Positions 1-14,066 of a DNA stretch of 64,000 nucleotides are shown here, piece after piece (within the stretch, counting starts at the first letter, position 1; each line of letters starts with the position of its first letter). The position numbers and the translations under genes are program-made. The notes beneath the pieces were generated by a model that searched no databases, was not told where the DNA came from, and was given only the letters and a program-made list of their open reading frames with translations. The DNA comes from Octopus vulgaris (taxonomy: Eukaryota): contig OX597820.1 in the NCBI GenBank assembly GCA_951406725.2, positions 6,634,001-6,698,000 of the forward strand. Reading direction: 5' to 3'.

Positions 1-611
1 ACGTCATTACTACAACGAACAGAGCATTCAACAGAGACTTCATGGAGAGTTTAGCCGTTCAGCAATAATTATAATTTTACACTCAAATAAATCAGCCACT
101 AGACTGTTTTAGACTGACAGCTTTTAGATGAGATGACGTACTATATTTTAAAGGGATATGTCCTATTGGGACCTTAGACACTCGGAAACTGGAAGACCTG
201 CACAGAACGAATACGTCACCGTTTGGAACGCTTTCGGTGTCCTTTGGAGATATATTGTTCAAAATTATAAACTCATTCTATTTCTTTCTTTTAAGAACGA
301 ACGACGGGTGAATTTTTCAGAAATATTAGCACCGATGAGGGATTTTTTATTTCTTTCTTTTATAACCGGGTCCCAGAGGCTTTTAAAACAAAAGGGACTA
401 TTTTAATATCAGAGTTGTAATGGTTGTGAAACGTTTGCAGTAAAATGGACTACTGTGTTGTGATGTTAAGATAGATAAGTCCACCTAATAGATTATTTTC
501 TCCCTTTATATATTTTCAAGGAACTGGGCATTCTGTAAGTCATGGCATTTTCAAATCTGGGATTTGAACAAATTCCACCACATAAGAACAAAGGGGTCTC
601 TCTCTCTCTCT

Positions 612-663
<52 letters not shown>

Positions 664-665
<2 letters not shown>

Positions 666-1010
666 TGGTACAAAAACATTCTAGTCGATCCAATCAACGG
701 AACAACATGCTCGTGAAATAGGCAAGTGGTTGAGCACTCCACAGACACGTGTACCCTTAATGTAGTTCTCGGGGGAGGTTCAGCGTGACACAGAGTGTGG
801 CAAGGCCGTCCCCTTTGAAATCCAGGTACATCAGAAACAGGAAGAAAGAGAGAAAGTTGTGGTGAAAGAGTACTGCAGGGTTCGCCACGCCCCATGCCGG
901 AGCCTCGTGGAGTTTTATATGTTTTCACTCAATAAACACTCACAACGTCCGGTCTGGGAATCGAAACCGCGATCGCACGACCGCGAGTCCCGTGTCATTG
1001 CACTTCCACA
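664..1010 (-). mobile_element. tRNA-derived SINE (family S3), chimeric head/tail
   Basis: Minus strand has B-box-like GGTTTCGATTCCC. 850-1010 matches the head/body of 19180-19350; 664-830 matches the tail of 30995-31160. Ends at (TA)n. Confidence 0.75.
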
Positions 1011-1028
1011 CATATCTATATATGCGTG

Positions 1029-1062
<34 letters not shown>

Positions 1063-1352
1063 TGCACACACAAATTCTACATAAATTCTAATATGTGTGT
1101 GTGTCTGAAAGATAGATAGTGTGAGTGTGTTCGTTTGCGTGTGTGCAGACTGTGACACACATACAAACGCATTTATTTCATCCAATTACCATTTTTTATT
1201 TTGCACAAAACTTTTTTTAAAGAAAATCATTTCTACTGTCTTTCATTATTTTTCTTTTTTATATTTTGGTTTTCGGAAATTTTAGATTTATTTGCAACAA
1301 TAGCTATTGAGGCATCGCTTGCTTAGCATAAACACAGGCTGATATACGTCTT

Positions 1353-1400
<48 letters not shown>

Positions 1401-3525
1401 TCATATATATATATATATATATACACACATGTAGGTGTGTATATGTGTGCGTCTACCAACATATTTGTGTACAATGACATACTTGAAAATTTTATGCACA
1501 TAATCTATCGGGTGATAACAACTGTTATCCATTAAGGGGCACTCACACAAACACATACATACATACATACATAGATATATACATACATACATATATATAT
1601 ACACAGATACATAATTAATCACATATGTGTATACACACAGAGACACACATCTTTATATGAAACTGTATGTCTTTATATTGTCAAAGCGAGTGGTTGGCAC
1701 TAAATTTCATACAAAGGCAAAACAGAGATTGAGACAAGCTCACACACACCCACACACGCGCCTACAAATACTGATACAGGCATGAATGCACACACGTACG
1801 CTTGTATGTTGGTGTGTTTCCCTGTGTTCCATTGAATGCGTCAATATCGATTTCCTGGTCACAGAATCCTCCTCCCCCTACCACCACAGCTTCTACCCTC
1901 ACCCTCTTGCCCTTTCTTAGAATCGTTACAAGATTTACCAAAGGTGCGACTTCCAAGCTTAACACAGTATTCTTCGTTGTCAACTAATTGTTTGTCGTTT
2001 CTAATCAACCTACAAATATTCCTCATAGTCTCGCAATCGTTCTGCACTTGCAGATAGTTCCAAAACAACACTTTACAAAAAAACAACAACATCCCATCCG
2101 CCAATCCCTTTTCTCTTTCTTTCTTTCTGTCTTTCTTTCTTTCCTTCCTCTCCGCCTTCTCAGCCTTCTTTTTCTCCCTCCCCCCGTTCCTTACTCTTCT
2201 CTCACAACCATCGTCACACGCATTACCATCATTGTTATCACGTCACCCACTATCACGAACCCGTGACGACGACGACCACTGCCATCACTATCACCAATGC
2301 CATCATCATCATTTTCAGCATCAGTAAGGGCAGTGTCGTTGGCCGTCGCCTTCCTCATTTATTTTTTATCTCCATCTTCTTCCATTTGTAGGTATGTATA
2401 GGGAAGACGGAGAAAGAAAATCGTCAACGATACACACGCGGTCACATATATATATAAGTACAAGTTTCCGTCTATAAAATCCATTCTTAAGACTTTGGAT
2501 CAGACTGGGGCTATAGTAAAAGACATTGCCTAAGAGGTCACGCAACGGGAATAAACCCAGAACCATGTGGTTACGAAACGAACTGTTTTTTTTATCACAC
2601 AATCATTCCTTATATTTATTGAGATATGTTGATGATGGCTGTCAACTCGTGACCGAGGAAGACTATCACTGACCACCGTCCATGCAAAATACCAGCAATA
2701 CCCGTGCCTGGGTTTATTGCACTAGTTTTACCTGGGTTCACGCTCGCAGATTCCCTGCTCGCCGCGCCGTCCTCTTGCACTACCGGGTATCGGATTGTTG
2801 CCTCACCGGCGATTTCACAGCATAGAATTTTAGAAACAATAAGGCTTGCACGACACCTCACAGATTCTCTCCACTGACATACGGAGACAAGTAAGGGAAA
2901 GTTACCCAGTACTAATATCGGTCACCAGCTCAGGAATGTGGGAGCGCCATGATCTGGGGCGCAAGCAAAAATACCCAAAATCTTTAATGCCATTTGTTTT
3001 TATATCAGAGTGACCTCCTCCTAGACAAATGCTTTACTAAAATTCAAGGAGTGTCTCATTCCCAGTGGTCTACTGAGATGCTAGACACCAAGTTGAAATT
3101 CCTGGTGGCCCGTCATATTGCTAGGTAGTCGTTGGACTTACACTTCATAGGTCTTCGTTTTAGTCCTGCTGGGTTTCTAGCAGCATTCATCACCAGACAA
3201 GCTTAGCCACTTTACTTGCTGTTGACCCAACCATGCAACAGGTTGTACTGTTTTACATGCATACTTTCACGTGCAAATGTCTAAGTATGAAAGGACTCAT
3301 TATCAAATGGTTATAAAGGTTTTTGACAATCACGAGTTCCTTATTTCGATTCCCTGTAGAGATATCTTCCATCATAATTAGCGGTTGAACCAATCCTTCC
3401 GCACAAAATGGTTCACAGGGAAACTGTGGCAGAGAACCCAATGGATGGCAACAGTATTTTAATGGGTCTACCTTTCCGCTCAGTGTGTCATACTAAACCT
3501 TCATAATTTTAATAAGCAGGGCTGT

Positions 3526-3740
3526 AAGCTAGCAGAATCGTTATCATACAGGGGAAAATACTTAGCGACATTTCGTCCGCTTTCTCGTCCTGAGTTCAAA
3601 TTCAGCTGAAGTCAACATTACCTTTCATAGTTCCAGGGCCAACTGAATGAGGACCAGTTAAGCATTTTGGTCAATGCAATCGACTTAACCGCTCCTCGTC
3701 CCCGAACTTACTGATCTCGGGCCAAAGTTTGAAATCAATA
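3526..3740 (+). mobile_element. SINE family S1, diverged copy
   Basis: agctagcagaatcgtta head, ctgagttcaaattc B-box-like motif, degenerate gtcaac..cctttcat core; similar to 41910-42120. Confidence 0.7.
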
Positions 3741-3970
3741 ACTACGATAAGCGTACTCTACACTTTGGAATACTCAGCAACTTATACAGAAAGCCAGGAC
3801 AGATAATTCAGCTGATCTAAGCCAAAAATATTCTCCATGAAATTTATATCAGTTTCTCTTTTACACTCTACGTACTTTTGTGATTTCTGGGTCAAATCAA
3901 TAAACTCCATTTGAATTATACAAACAGCTGCATATTTATGCTTATATATGTATGGATATGCACACACACG

Positions 3971-4037
<67 letters not shown>

Positions 4038-4528
4038 GTAAGTATATATACATTCACTTACACACACAAATATAAAATCTACAGGTAAGTGTGTGTGAGT
4101 GGGTGGGTGTTTGGTGATATATATTCCAGCGTGTTGCAGAGAAGATATTTCATATATGTACAGAACACAAGAGAACACAACGTACAGATTTGGTCTCTAT
4201 CAAAGATGTGAAAACGGAACAAACGTGAAAACCACCTTCGGTTATGTAAATAGACAATAGAATATTTAAAAGCACCTTTTTATATTCTTGGCTGATTAAT
4301 AATTGTCTTTGATCTCTATGGAAATCCTGATTGTCATTTTTGAAATATCTCAGTCTTAGAATTACTTCGACAAATTCCATTCTCGTTACTCGCTTCTAAT
4401 CAAACAGCATACAATGGGGAAATAATGTCGGATTAAACAAACTTCATAAATAAGGCAACGTTACGGCTCGCTTGTAACTAACATCATTGAACACTGCAGT
4501 AGGAAAGAATAACGATGATGATGATGAC

Positions 4529-4646
<118 letters not shown>

Positions 4647-5419
4647 GCGACAACATAAGCAAAAAGGATGATAGTAATAATGATGATGGTGATGATTGTT
4701 ATAATAGCATAAATGTAAACATGGAGAGTAGTTAAAGTCTGCACATTACATTTTCTCTGTTTTAAGTATACACAATTTACTTAGCAGCAGATATTGTTGT
4801 AAATAAACTAATAAGATAAAACAGTTTAATATTCGAAGCATTAATATTGATGGTATGATATAGCGAACGTAGGATTACACTTGGGAATAGCATCTGAAAT
4901 AAATCTACATAACTGCACAACTACTAAGAATAATGTCACATTGTTTCAAAGACTTATGGTAAATTCAGAAAATTAATTTAAGAATTGCCCTAATAAATAT
5001 TTCAAGTTATTTAATCTGATTGCAGTTAACATTTATTTATGCAGGTTAAAGTTAAATTTATTATTTAGATATTTGTGAGAAAACTTTCACAGAGCTAGGA
5101 AGTTAGTTTTCGGGGCCAGTCGCTCTTGGTAAATGTTTGAAATATGTTATAGTATAAAATATACGTCTTATTTCTTATGATTACAAACTATTTTAATACC
5201 TGGATACGAACTATAATACATTTCTGCCTTACAAGATTGATGGGGTTTCACGTTATGCACAGTCAGTCGCAAATACTAGTTTTAGGAAATTCCAGAACAA
5301 CAGGTATTGCATGTGTGAAACCATATAAAGTAGAGTTAAGTGGTGACTATCAAAGTTTATGCTGAAAGTATCACATAACCAGCTGTACTAAAATTGATGA
5401 GAAAAACTGTAGGCCATAC

Positions 5420-5720
5420 TGTGGGTAGTAAAGAAATAGGTATTTCTTCTGTCGCTACGTTCTGAGTTCAAATTCTGCAGAGGTCGACTTTGCCTTTCAT
5501 CCTTTTGGGGTCGATAAATTAAGTACCAGTTACGCACTGGTGTCGATGTAATCGACTTAATCCCTTTGTCTCTCCTTCTTTGTCCCCTCGGTGTTTACCC
5601 ATTGTGGGTAGTAAAGAAATAAGTATTTCGTCGACTTTGCCTTTTTTCCTTTCGGGGTCGATCTAATCGACCGGCCCCTACCCCAAAATTTCGAGACTTG
5701 TGCCTAGATTAGAAAAGAAT
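5420..5720 (+). mobile_element. SINE S1 tandem of head-less units
   Basis: Tail gtgggtagtaaagaaatag joined directly to gtatttc, twice; core gtcgactttgcctttcatcc..ggggtcgataaattaagtaccag. Confidence 0.85.
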
Positions 5721-6164
5721 GTGTGCTTGTCTGTGTGTGTAGTAGGGATGTTAGTAGTATTCACGTCTGTGGAGCCAGGAGGATAAATGGTTTAAATATG
5801 AACTCAATACAGGTACCTTTTACAGCACCTACTGAACGAGGCATAGCTCATTCATAAGGCTAATTGCATACACACATACATAGAGAGAGGATGGGGATTG
5901 TGAGAGGGAAATGAATTGATGCAAATATAAGGTCCTCGTCGAAAATAGAGCACTATAAAATCGAACTGAAATCTGTGTGAGCCTATCTCATTACTTTTGT
6001 TGGTATAGTATGATTCGTAGCATATATGCCAGTCATTCGAAGCGGGTTCAAGTGGTAGTCTTGCTGGGGTGTTGAACAAATGTCCTCTGGGTGTCAACCT
6101 AACTGCAGCCGGCATCGCTTTCTAGTTCTTCCAAGTCGATTAAATAAAATAGAAATCGAATATC

Positions 6165-6395
6165 TCTTTCTTTACTACCCACAAGGGGCTAAACACAGAG
6201 AGGAAAAACAATGACAGACAAAGGAATTAAGTCGATTATATCGACCCCAGTACGTAACTGGTACTTATTCAATCGACCCTGAAAGGATGAAAGGCAAAGT
6301 CGACCTCGGCAGAATTTGAACTCAGAACGTAGCGGCAGACGAAATACCACTCAGCATTTCGCCCGGCGTGCTAACGATTCTGGCAGCTCGCCGCC
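6165..6395 (-). mobile_element. SINE S1, near full length
   Basis: Reverse complement of ggcgagctg..gaatcgttagcacgccgggcgaaatg..gttctgagttcaaattc..core..ccccttgtgggtagtaaagaa. Confidence 0.9.
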
Positions 6396-8139
6396 TTCGG
6401 CGAAATCGAAAATCGTTGTTCTACTTAACATACTACACCTACCCTCACAATTTCGATGCCCTCTGCTGCTCATAGAAAGCATCTTTGTATTTGTTTTGAC
6501 CAGGTGGAACAGCGTTCAAGCCCAAGGCTCCGCATAACACCGTTACAAAACAATATTATTTGATTCTTTAAACAAGACACCTCACTAGAACTTTCGAAAA
6601 AAAACAACGACATTTCTTTGTGTAATTCTTTCTTTCTCTTTCCTCACATTCAAACAACCTAATCAATTACTTTGTTGTTTGTTTCCGATTCTCAACGTCC
6701 AATTCTCTTCGTTATTCTTTATTTCATACTTTCCATTTTTTTGTGCTGTTGTTGTTGTTGTTGTTGTTTCTTCTTCCTCTCCTGAAATTCCAATTCAAGT
6801 TTTTGCTATTATCGACAAAAACAATATTTCTTTAACGGCCGCAATAAATATTACAAGATTATTTCACTCAACATGATGTTTCTTCTTTGTAAAATAAAGG
6901 AGGTGATATCTGCTGTTCTCTTTTTTGCTTTTCTTTAGTGTTTGTTGTTTGTTTTCTTTCGTTGCCACAGGTTGGTTCGAATAACAGATTGTGACAACTG
7001 AGAAATAATTGATAATTACTGACTTATTGTAAATTGTTTTTAGACTTCACAGGAGATGAATTATCTCGCAGTTATCTAACCGCAGTTTACTGCCAGATCA
7101 GTCTCTCCCCCAGCTTTCTCGCGCTCGCAGCTCCTCTTCTACGTGTCTATGGCTCTCCGTCGCTCTGGCTCTCCGTCGCTCTTCCTCCCCGTCGCTCTGC
7201 CTCTTTCTCTTCCTGTCTGTAAGTCCCTCTCTTTCTCCCTGCATTCTAGGCATCTTGTGTTGTTATACGTGTTTGTCTCTATGTATGTGTGTGTGTGCGG
7301 GTGTATATGGATGCGTGTGTGTTGGTGTTTATCGCTTTTCAGCAGCATGCCCCACCACACACACATATACCCTACCCTTCTTTCCATAGAAAACTAGGAA
7401 ACGTACGGGTGTTTCTGGTGTGTGTGTGTGTGTGTGGGTGTGTGTGCGTGCACGTGCTCACCCGTATTCCTCTTCCGTCACTCCTCATCTTTTTCACATT
7501 ATCTTTTCCCCAAGTCTCTTCCTTTCTCTTTCTGCATAGCCAATGTATAAAAGATGGTATGGTCACGATGGAACGCTTTTTATCACACTTTTACCCGAAC
7601 GAAGCAATTTGATGGTCTATCGATTCTTCCAATCTAATTATTCATATTCCAATCAATCACACTCATTATGGATATGAATGAACTAAATCCTATGAGACAC
7701 AATAATAATAACAAGAGCACCGAGAGAGCGCAAACCTCCGCCAAGGCAAAATCATTGTCTTCTCAACGATTAGCCTGAGATAATTTTTAAAATGAGAATA
7801 TCTGAAATGAACTCGACTGCCCTCACAAATGAGAATATTAAAAATAAACCGACCGCTCTCACAAATTAAGTACAAAAAAACAAAACAAAAAAAGAAATCA
7901 GAAAAAATAATCTGGAATCTTTGTCCGGAATCTGATCGACCCCAAAATTTAGTCAGTTCCTGCAAGTCACAAGACTAAACAACCCTGAAAGTTTCATCCG
8001 AATTCATTCAGCGGTTCTTGAGATATTTTGTCCACGGACAAACAAACAAACACGACTGAAAACAATACCTTTGCCTTCGCTAAGGCAGAGATATGAAGCC
8101 TTTCCAAAAGGGCAGAAGGCCTGAAAATATGGAGGCGGA

Positions 8140-8445
8140 CCAATGGTTTATTACAGCGATCCAGAGCGCTCCACACGCGCTTAGTTTCTCTAACCCAAAA
8201 TGAAATGTAAAGTCGGCGCTGATGGAATTTGAACTCGGAACGTCGTACAAGACCAGCTGTCTTAGGAGCAAGGGTTAAGTCAATCATTCCGATTCCAGTA
8301 CCTGGCTGGTAAGTATTTTCTCGACCGTGAAGAATGAAATGTAAAGTTAACATTAGCTTAATTTGAACTCAGAAAATAGAATGCCGGAAGAAAGGCCGCT
8401 AAGCATTTTGTCCGGCGCATTAGCGATTCCTCCAGCTCACCGCCT
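8140..8445 (-). mobile_element. two diverged SINE S1 fragments
   Basis: Two aatttgaactc (B-box reverse complement) plus aaagt..ac motifs; head reverse complement at 8400-8445. Confidence 0.65.
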
Positions 8446-8939
8446 TTACCACGACTGTAATTTAAAATCTGGTTAACTGAAATCATTGTTATTTATTGTT
8501 TTATTATCGATTATGTTCGGATAAATATCGTTAAGTTTGATGATGTTTTAAGCTCAAATACCACCGAGATTTATTTTATTTCTTAATGTTGTGGGCTCGA
8601 AGGAATAAATTACAATATTATGCACATGTACACAATATATCGCCTTGGCCCATTCCAGTAAAGGATTACATCGATCCTGCGTCTCAAAGATATTAGTCAA
8701 TAATATCCTTCATCTTCTACCGTTTACTTCACTTAGTCATTTGTCTGCGGCCATGCTGGGGCACTCCTGTGCAGAATTTTTCATTAAACGACCCAATCCC
8801 TATATTTATTTGTTCCAAGCCCCGACTCTTGGTCGAGCTGCTGAGTTATGGTCTGGGGTACAAAAACAGATAGAAAGTCACAGAAACACTCACACACACA
8901 CACAGGCGCGCGCACACATACACACACACACACACACAA

Positions 8940-8974
<35 letters not shown>

Positions 8975-9140
8975 CTTTATTGCCCACAAGGGGCTAAACA
9001 AAGACAAAGTGATTAAATCGATTACATCGAACCCAGTGCGTAATCGGTACTTTATTTATCGACCCCGAAAGGATGGAAAGCAAAGTCGACCTCGGCGGAA
9101 TTTGAACTCAGAACGTAACGGCAGACGAAATATGGCTACG

Positions 9141-9144
<4 letters not shown>
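8975..9144 (-). mobile_element. SINE S1, 5'-truncated
   Basis: gaccccgaaaggatggaaagcaaagtcgacctcggcggaatttgaactcagaacg; flanked by (TA)n. Confidence 0.85.
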
Positions 9145-9211
<67 letters not shown>

Positions 9212-9269
9212 AGAGAGAGAGAGAGAGAGATGATAGAGAGATAGATAGATACAAAATAGATATAGATAT

Positions 9270-9430
9270 CTGACGGGGTTTTTTTTCAGTTTCCGTCAAC
9301 CAAATACACCCACAAGGCTTTGGTCTGCCCTAGGGTATGGTAGAAGAGAATTGCCCAAAGTGTCAAGCAGTAGGACTGAACTCGGAACCACGTGGTTGGA
9401 AAACAAGCTTTTACCACGCCTGTGCCTATA
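9270..9430 (-). mobile_element. SINE S2, 5' half
   Basis: tttcagtttccgtcaaccaaatacacccacaaggctttggtc matches 22810-22958. Confidence 0.75.
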
Positions 9431-9947
9431 GTGACAATTTGTATGTTTTGTATCATTAAAAGTGGAAACGTGAGTAAACGAGAGAGCTTGTGTGTTTGCT
9501 CGGCCCGAAATAGCAACTTTATGAGACTCAAATCATAAACTATTGTTTAAAAAAGTGGAAGAACACTTTAGATAAAATAATCTCCAATACATCATACTTG
9601 ATAAAATGTCAGACAGGATGGCCATAGATGGGATGTCTTTCAACATAGTCCTAGATCAGGCCCGACCAAATTCTAAACGATAACAACAGTAGCAAAAACA
9701 ACAAAAATACAACAGCAACCACAACAATTAATATGCAGAACACGACTAAGATCAGTCGAAATTCTATTCACTTTGCAAATGTCTGTACGTTTCACGCCAA
9801 CAAAAGGACATCTCGATGGGCACTGAACATGCCAAAAACAGCAGTTAAGTCTTAGCTTCTTGAAAGAGGAGGGATACCCCTTCACCTAATCCAAGATGTA
9901 CTTTAAGAAAATAGATGGTCGTAACTGGAAAGATTTGAACAGCAGTA

Positions 9948-10030
9948 TGATAGATCATAGCTGACTTCTGACAGATCATAACTGACTTATGATAGATCAT
10001 AGCAAATTATGACAAAATTATAATTGACCT
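9948..10030. repeat. ~21-bp minisatellite, ~4 degenerate copies
   Basis: tgatagatcatagctgacttc / tgacagatcataactgactta / tgatagatcatagcaaatta / tgacaaaattataattgacct. Confidence 0.75.
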
Positions 10031-11334
10031 GGGGCCAAACAATAATTACAATAATAAACTTCTCATTTTTCCTATCAAAGACGTAGGGTCGAGTGCCTGG
10101 TTAACAAATATGTACATAATTAGCAGGAACGTACAAGAAACTTGTAAGGACTGTGGGATAATTTTTATGTTCCTAGCAAATGAAATAATTGATCCTGTTT
10201 CGATCTCGAGTATAGTAATTTGGTTTTCCCTTCTGTACTAAATGCTCTTCAGACAATCTCATTTAGTCTGGATAATTAATGAAACAAAAATTACTGTACG
10301 GAACTGAAACAATGGAAAATGGTCCTGTGATGTCTTCGAATGAGACAGAAAGATATGGAAGATAGGAAACAGGGAGATCGATGACATAAAACGGAAATAT
10401 ATTACGTAAACTTTTAATTAATTTTTTCGTAAGTAGATTAAAAGCTAATTATCAAACAGTTATAATGACTGGCCGAGTCGATTAGGAAAACAGAAATGCA
10501 GCAATCAGACTAAGTGGCCATGGCTGTGGTGTGGAAAGATGTCAGAAGAGTTAAAGTAACTTAATACTGAGAATATATATTTAATTATTCTACAATATTA
10601 CAACAAATAAAGTTAATTGAATGAAGTTCCGTAGTTTGAAGAATCAATCAATGCTTGATTAGCGTAATTATCAGCATTCTTAGGCGATCTGCTATCCATC
10701 GCGATAGAAAGTCTTCGGAAAAAAGTCATTACCAAAATAAAAATTTAAAGAAAAGTATAAAGAAAGTGGTTCATTCCAGCTCTTCTTTGCAACGTATGAT
10801 GGGAAAACATGATCCTCGTTTTCTGATTAAAATATTTAAATTTGTACACAAGAATCCCCGCAGGGGAAAATTTGAAATTCAGAAACATTTCTCCTTAATT
10901 ATATTGAAGAAATCAGCAACATCCTCTGCGAAGTTTATCAACCACAGATCTTGCCATGTTACTGCTATGAAGTCCACAGCGAGTGTTACACTGAATGTAT
11001 ACAATATTATATACACTAGGTGTATATAACGATGTATTCGCCTTAAAATACATAAGAAACCTAAGAGTAAACAGAGAAACCAAGGTTCAATGCATTTCGA
11101 CTGCCAATAATCTCCATACTCAATCATCATCTTCAATTATTGATGAATTCATCAATAATTGAAGATAATAGGTAAAAAAGTTGTTCTTGCTTTTAAACTC
11201 TCAGCTCAGTGCGAAGCAAATGGATCAAGGATCAAATCTCTTGAATCGGCGTCGTTTCCTTTGAGATATATTGAACTTTCACAGAACTACCTTAAATATT
11301 GGTTAACTAATATCTAAGCTAAAATTAACTCCCT

Positions 11335-11522
11335 TAAATTTTGGCACAAGGTCAGAGATTTCGGGGGAAGGGGTGAAGTCAATTACATCGACTTCAGTAT
11401 TCAACAAGTACTTATTTTATCGACCCCCACAAAGATGAAAGATAAAGTAAACCTCGCTGGAAATTGAACTCAGAACGTCAAGATGGATGAAATGCTGCTA
11501 ACGACTGCTCCAATTGGGCTCC
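11335..11522 (-). mobile_element. SINE S1, diverged
   Basis: attacatcgac..gtacttattttatcgacccc..gatgaaagataaagt..ttgaactcagaacg. Confidence 0.75.
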
Positions 11523-12139
11523 TTAAATACCCTAACTAATAACAATATTAAGGCGTTTTTTAGGAGAAGGCGGAAATAACTTTGACAAAGATTTCTCTGC
11601 TATTCTTAAAAGCTGAACTTAGCACACAGGAAGTGACAAAGTTTGGCTAAGGAATAATCTTACGATCATTTCGGAAACTGGTCAGTTGTATACTAATGTA
11701 TATCCTTCCACCATAAACACTCAACTCAGATTTGTAGGCCTACTGAACACTCGTCGTTGCACAGTGCTGTTACCACTGTTCTTATCTGCGGGGAATTACT
11801 CCGAGCGAGACACCAAGACAGCCTTTAGAGTCTGGCTGCTAGAAATATCAGTTCTCTCTTATAATTTATCCTCCCACCTTAGAAAGCAAAGAACGATACA
11901 TTTAAAGCTAACGAAGAACTGTGTGAGGGATTATCTAATATGTTTGGTAAAATGAAAGTGTGGTGGCCAAGTATTGAGAGAATTAAAGGCAAATTTGTCT
12001 ATCTAGTTGGGGGTTGAACTTAGAGCATGGAGAGCTGGAATGAATAACGCAAGTCGTTCTAGTCGCCATCCTAACGACCCTCACAATTCGACGCCATGTT
12101 GTGTTGGGTATATCTCTGGATAAAATATGGTCGGATAAT

Positions 12140-12563
12140 ATTGGTTTCTAATTTTGGCACAGGCTGGAAGTTTTGGGGGAAGAGGCGTGGATACGTCGAT
12201 AACTGCTACTTACTTTCTCGATCGCTAAAGAACGAAAGGCAAAGTCGGCATAGGTGGCTTTTGAACACAGAACGGAAGAAATGCCGCTACGAATTTTTCT
12301 CGGTGCGGTAACGATTCTGCTAGCTCACCGCCTTAATAAGGGCGGATAATATTCCTTTCCACTATAGGCACAAGGCCTGAAGTGCTGGAGGATAAAGATA
12401 GACGATTACATCAACCCAGAGCTCGACTGGTGCATGTTTTATCGATTCCAAAACGGTGAAAGGCAAAATGAACTCCGTCGGAATTTGAACTCAGAATGTA
12501 AAGCCGGATGAATTGTCGCTAAACAATTTAACCGGCATACTAACGATTCTACAAGCTGACCAC
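12140..12563 (-). mobile_element. two adjacent diverged SINE S1 copies
   Basis: Two gaaaggcaaa..tttgaac cores, each with an aacgattct head reverse complement (ending ~12332 and ~12563). Confidence 0.7.
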
Positions 12564-13254
12564 CTGATGCTATTGGAACATCTTTAGTCATAAGTGAATT
12601 CTGTAGGGCTGATCTGGTTTTAAGCAGTAACAATGACAAGTTTCGATAACGACAACATCCAGGTGATCTCCCGGGAGTAGGAGTGAAAATGGTTACTTTG
12701 GGCAAGGGCAGCAATAGTTACCAATGGTATGAACCATCCACACCTCAGTCTGCTGTCTGGTATACTATTGCTTCGTCCTACCTTCCATGCTTTAGTAAAT
12801 GAGGTTTATACATTCTGTGAAATACATTATACTTAACACAGGTATATTAGCCTCAGTAGCTTTACTAGAATGACTGAGAATGGTTATATTTGACTCAAAA
12901 CATCATTATCGCACATGTCAAATGATATTCTCCGCTAATTAATTTATTCAAATACAAAATGATTAAAATATAATTAAACACGGGAAGTAGTAAGACTAAT
13001 AGCGATGTTGCGTGTGTAATATTGTTTTTTTTTTCCACCCTGAAATCCCATTTGATCGAATTCAGGATACAGAAAATTGTGGGTAGCTGCTCGCAATAAC
13101 ATATATGCTCAAAAATTACACAATACAATTATATATTAATTAATGCAAATGAAGAAAGATAGTACATACATACGCGCACACACACACACACATACATATA
13201 TATATATATGTAGGCATATACCTATATATGTAAGTATATATATATATATATATG

Positions 13255-13536
13255 TAATGTTGGCAAATGAAATAGGGATAAGAATGTGCATTGTCCGTTT
13301 AACTGGAAAATTCTATATGTGGCTGAAGATTGCTCGACATTTTAAAACTGATGTAATACCTACTGTGTTTAATAAAATTAAGTAGCATGAAATAATTGTA
13401 CTACTCTACCTTGGATATACTTGTTGCTTATTTTGATTATAATCACCCCATTTGATTTATATGGATAATACCATACCAAATTCTGGTGTCTTTAACTTAA
13501 GTACCATATTTATCTGAATCTAAATGTTGCTGAACT
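13255..13536 (+). mobile_element. (TA)n-flanked non-autonomous PLE-like repeat (family H2) with hammerhead motif
   Basis: Same sequence at 33433-33585 (+), 48288-48567 (-) and 48601-48686 (+). Contains tgtgg CTGAAGA ttgct ..long loop.. agcat GAAA taattg TA ctac (13318-13404). Confidence 0.75.
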
Positions 13537-14066
13537 GATATATATATATGCACATATTATATACATGCATGGTATCTCTCCCAATTTCTCTCATCTCCCT
13601 TCCTCTATCTTCCACTGTCTCCTAATTCTCTCTCTATATATATATGGGGGTGTTTATATATATTTATACACACACACACATATATCTACATACATACATG
13701 TGTGTGAGTGCATACCTGTTTGTATGTGCGCGCGTGCATATGTGTGTGTATGTGAGTGTGTTGTTGTTTAGTCTGTTTAGCGCAGATTAATATGTTAATA
13801 TGCTGATAAGTGTATTGTTGTAATGTGGTTGATTTGTGAGGAAAATTCTTGGAAATTCAAATGGTTTCAGAGATGATTCTCTGACTCTTGTCTTTGTAAT
13901 AAGTTTATTGTTACAGAACACAATTCAATGATATTTCTTCTACCTCCTTGTCTTTATAATTTCTGTAGACTCTTTGAACCATCAGCTGTTTGGTGTCCCA
14001 CTTATCCGGCTATCGTTTTACTTTGTTCAAAAATCATTTCATATTATTTGCATATATCTTTTTTAT

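Noticed and set aside
2620-3250. Possible old LINE remnants (also 54150-54700 and 56700-57200)
   Set aside because: Only vague resemblance (e.g. EMRYLR near 54355); cannot classify or bound without a search
4380-4510. Possible minus-strand splice acceptor (ttctttcctactgcag) and short terminal exon
   Set aside because: Only ~16 codons and unrecognisable; not supportable
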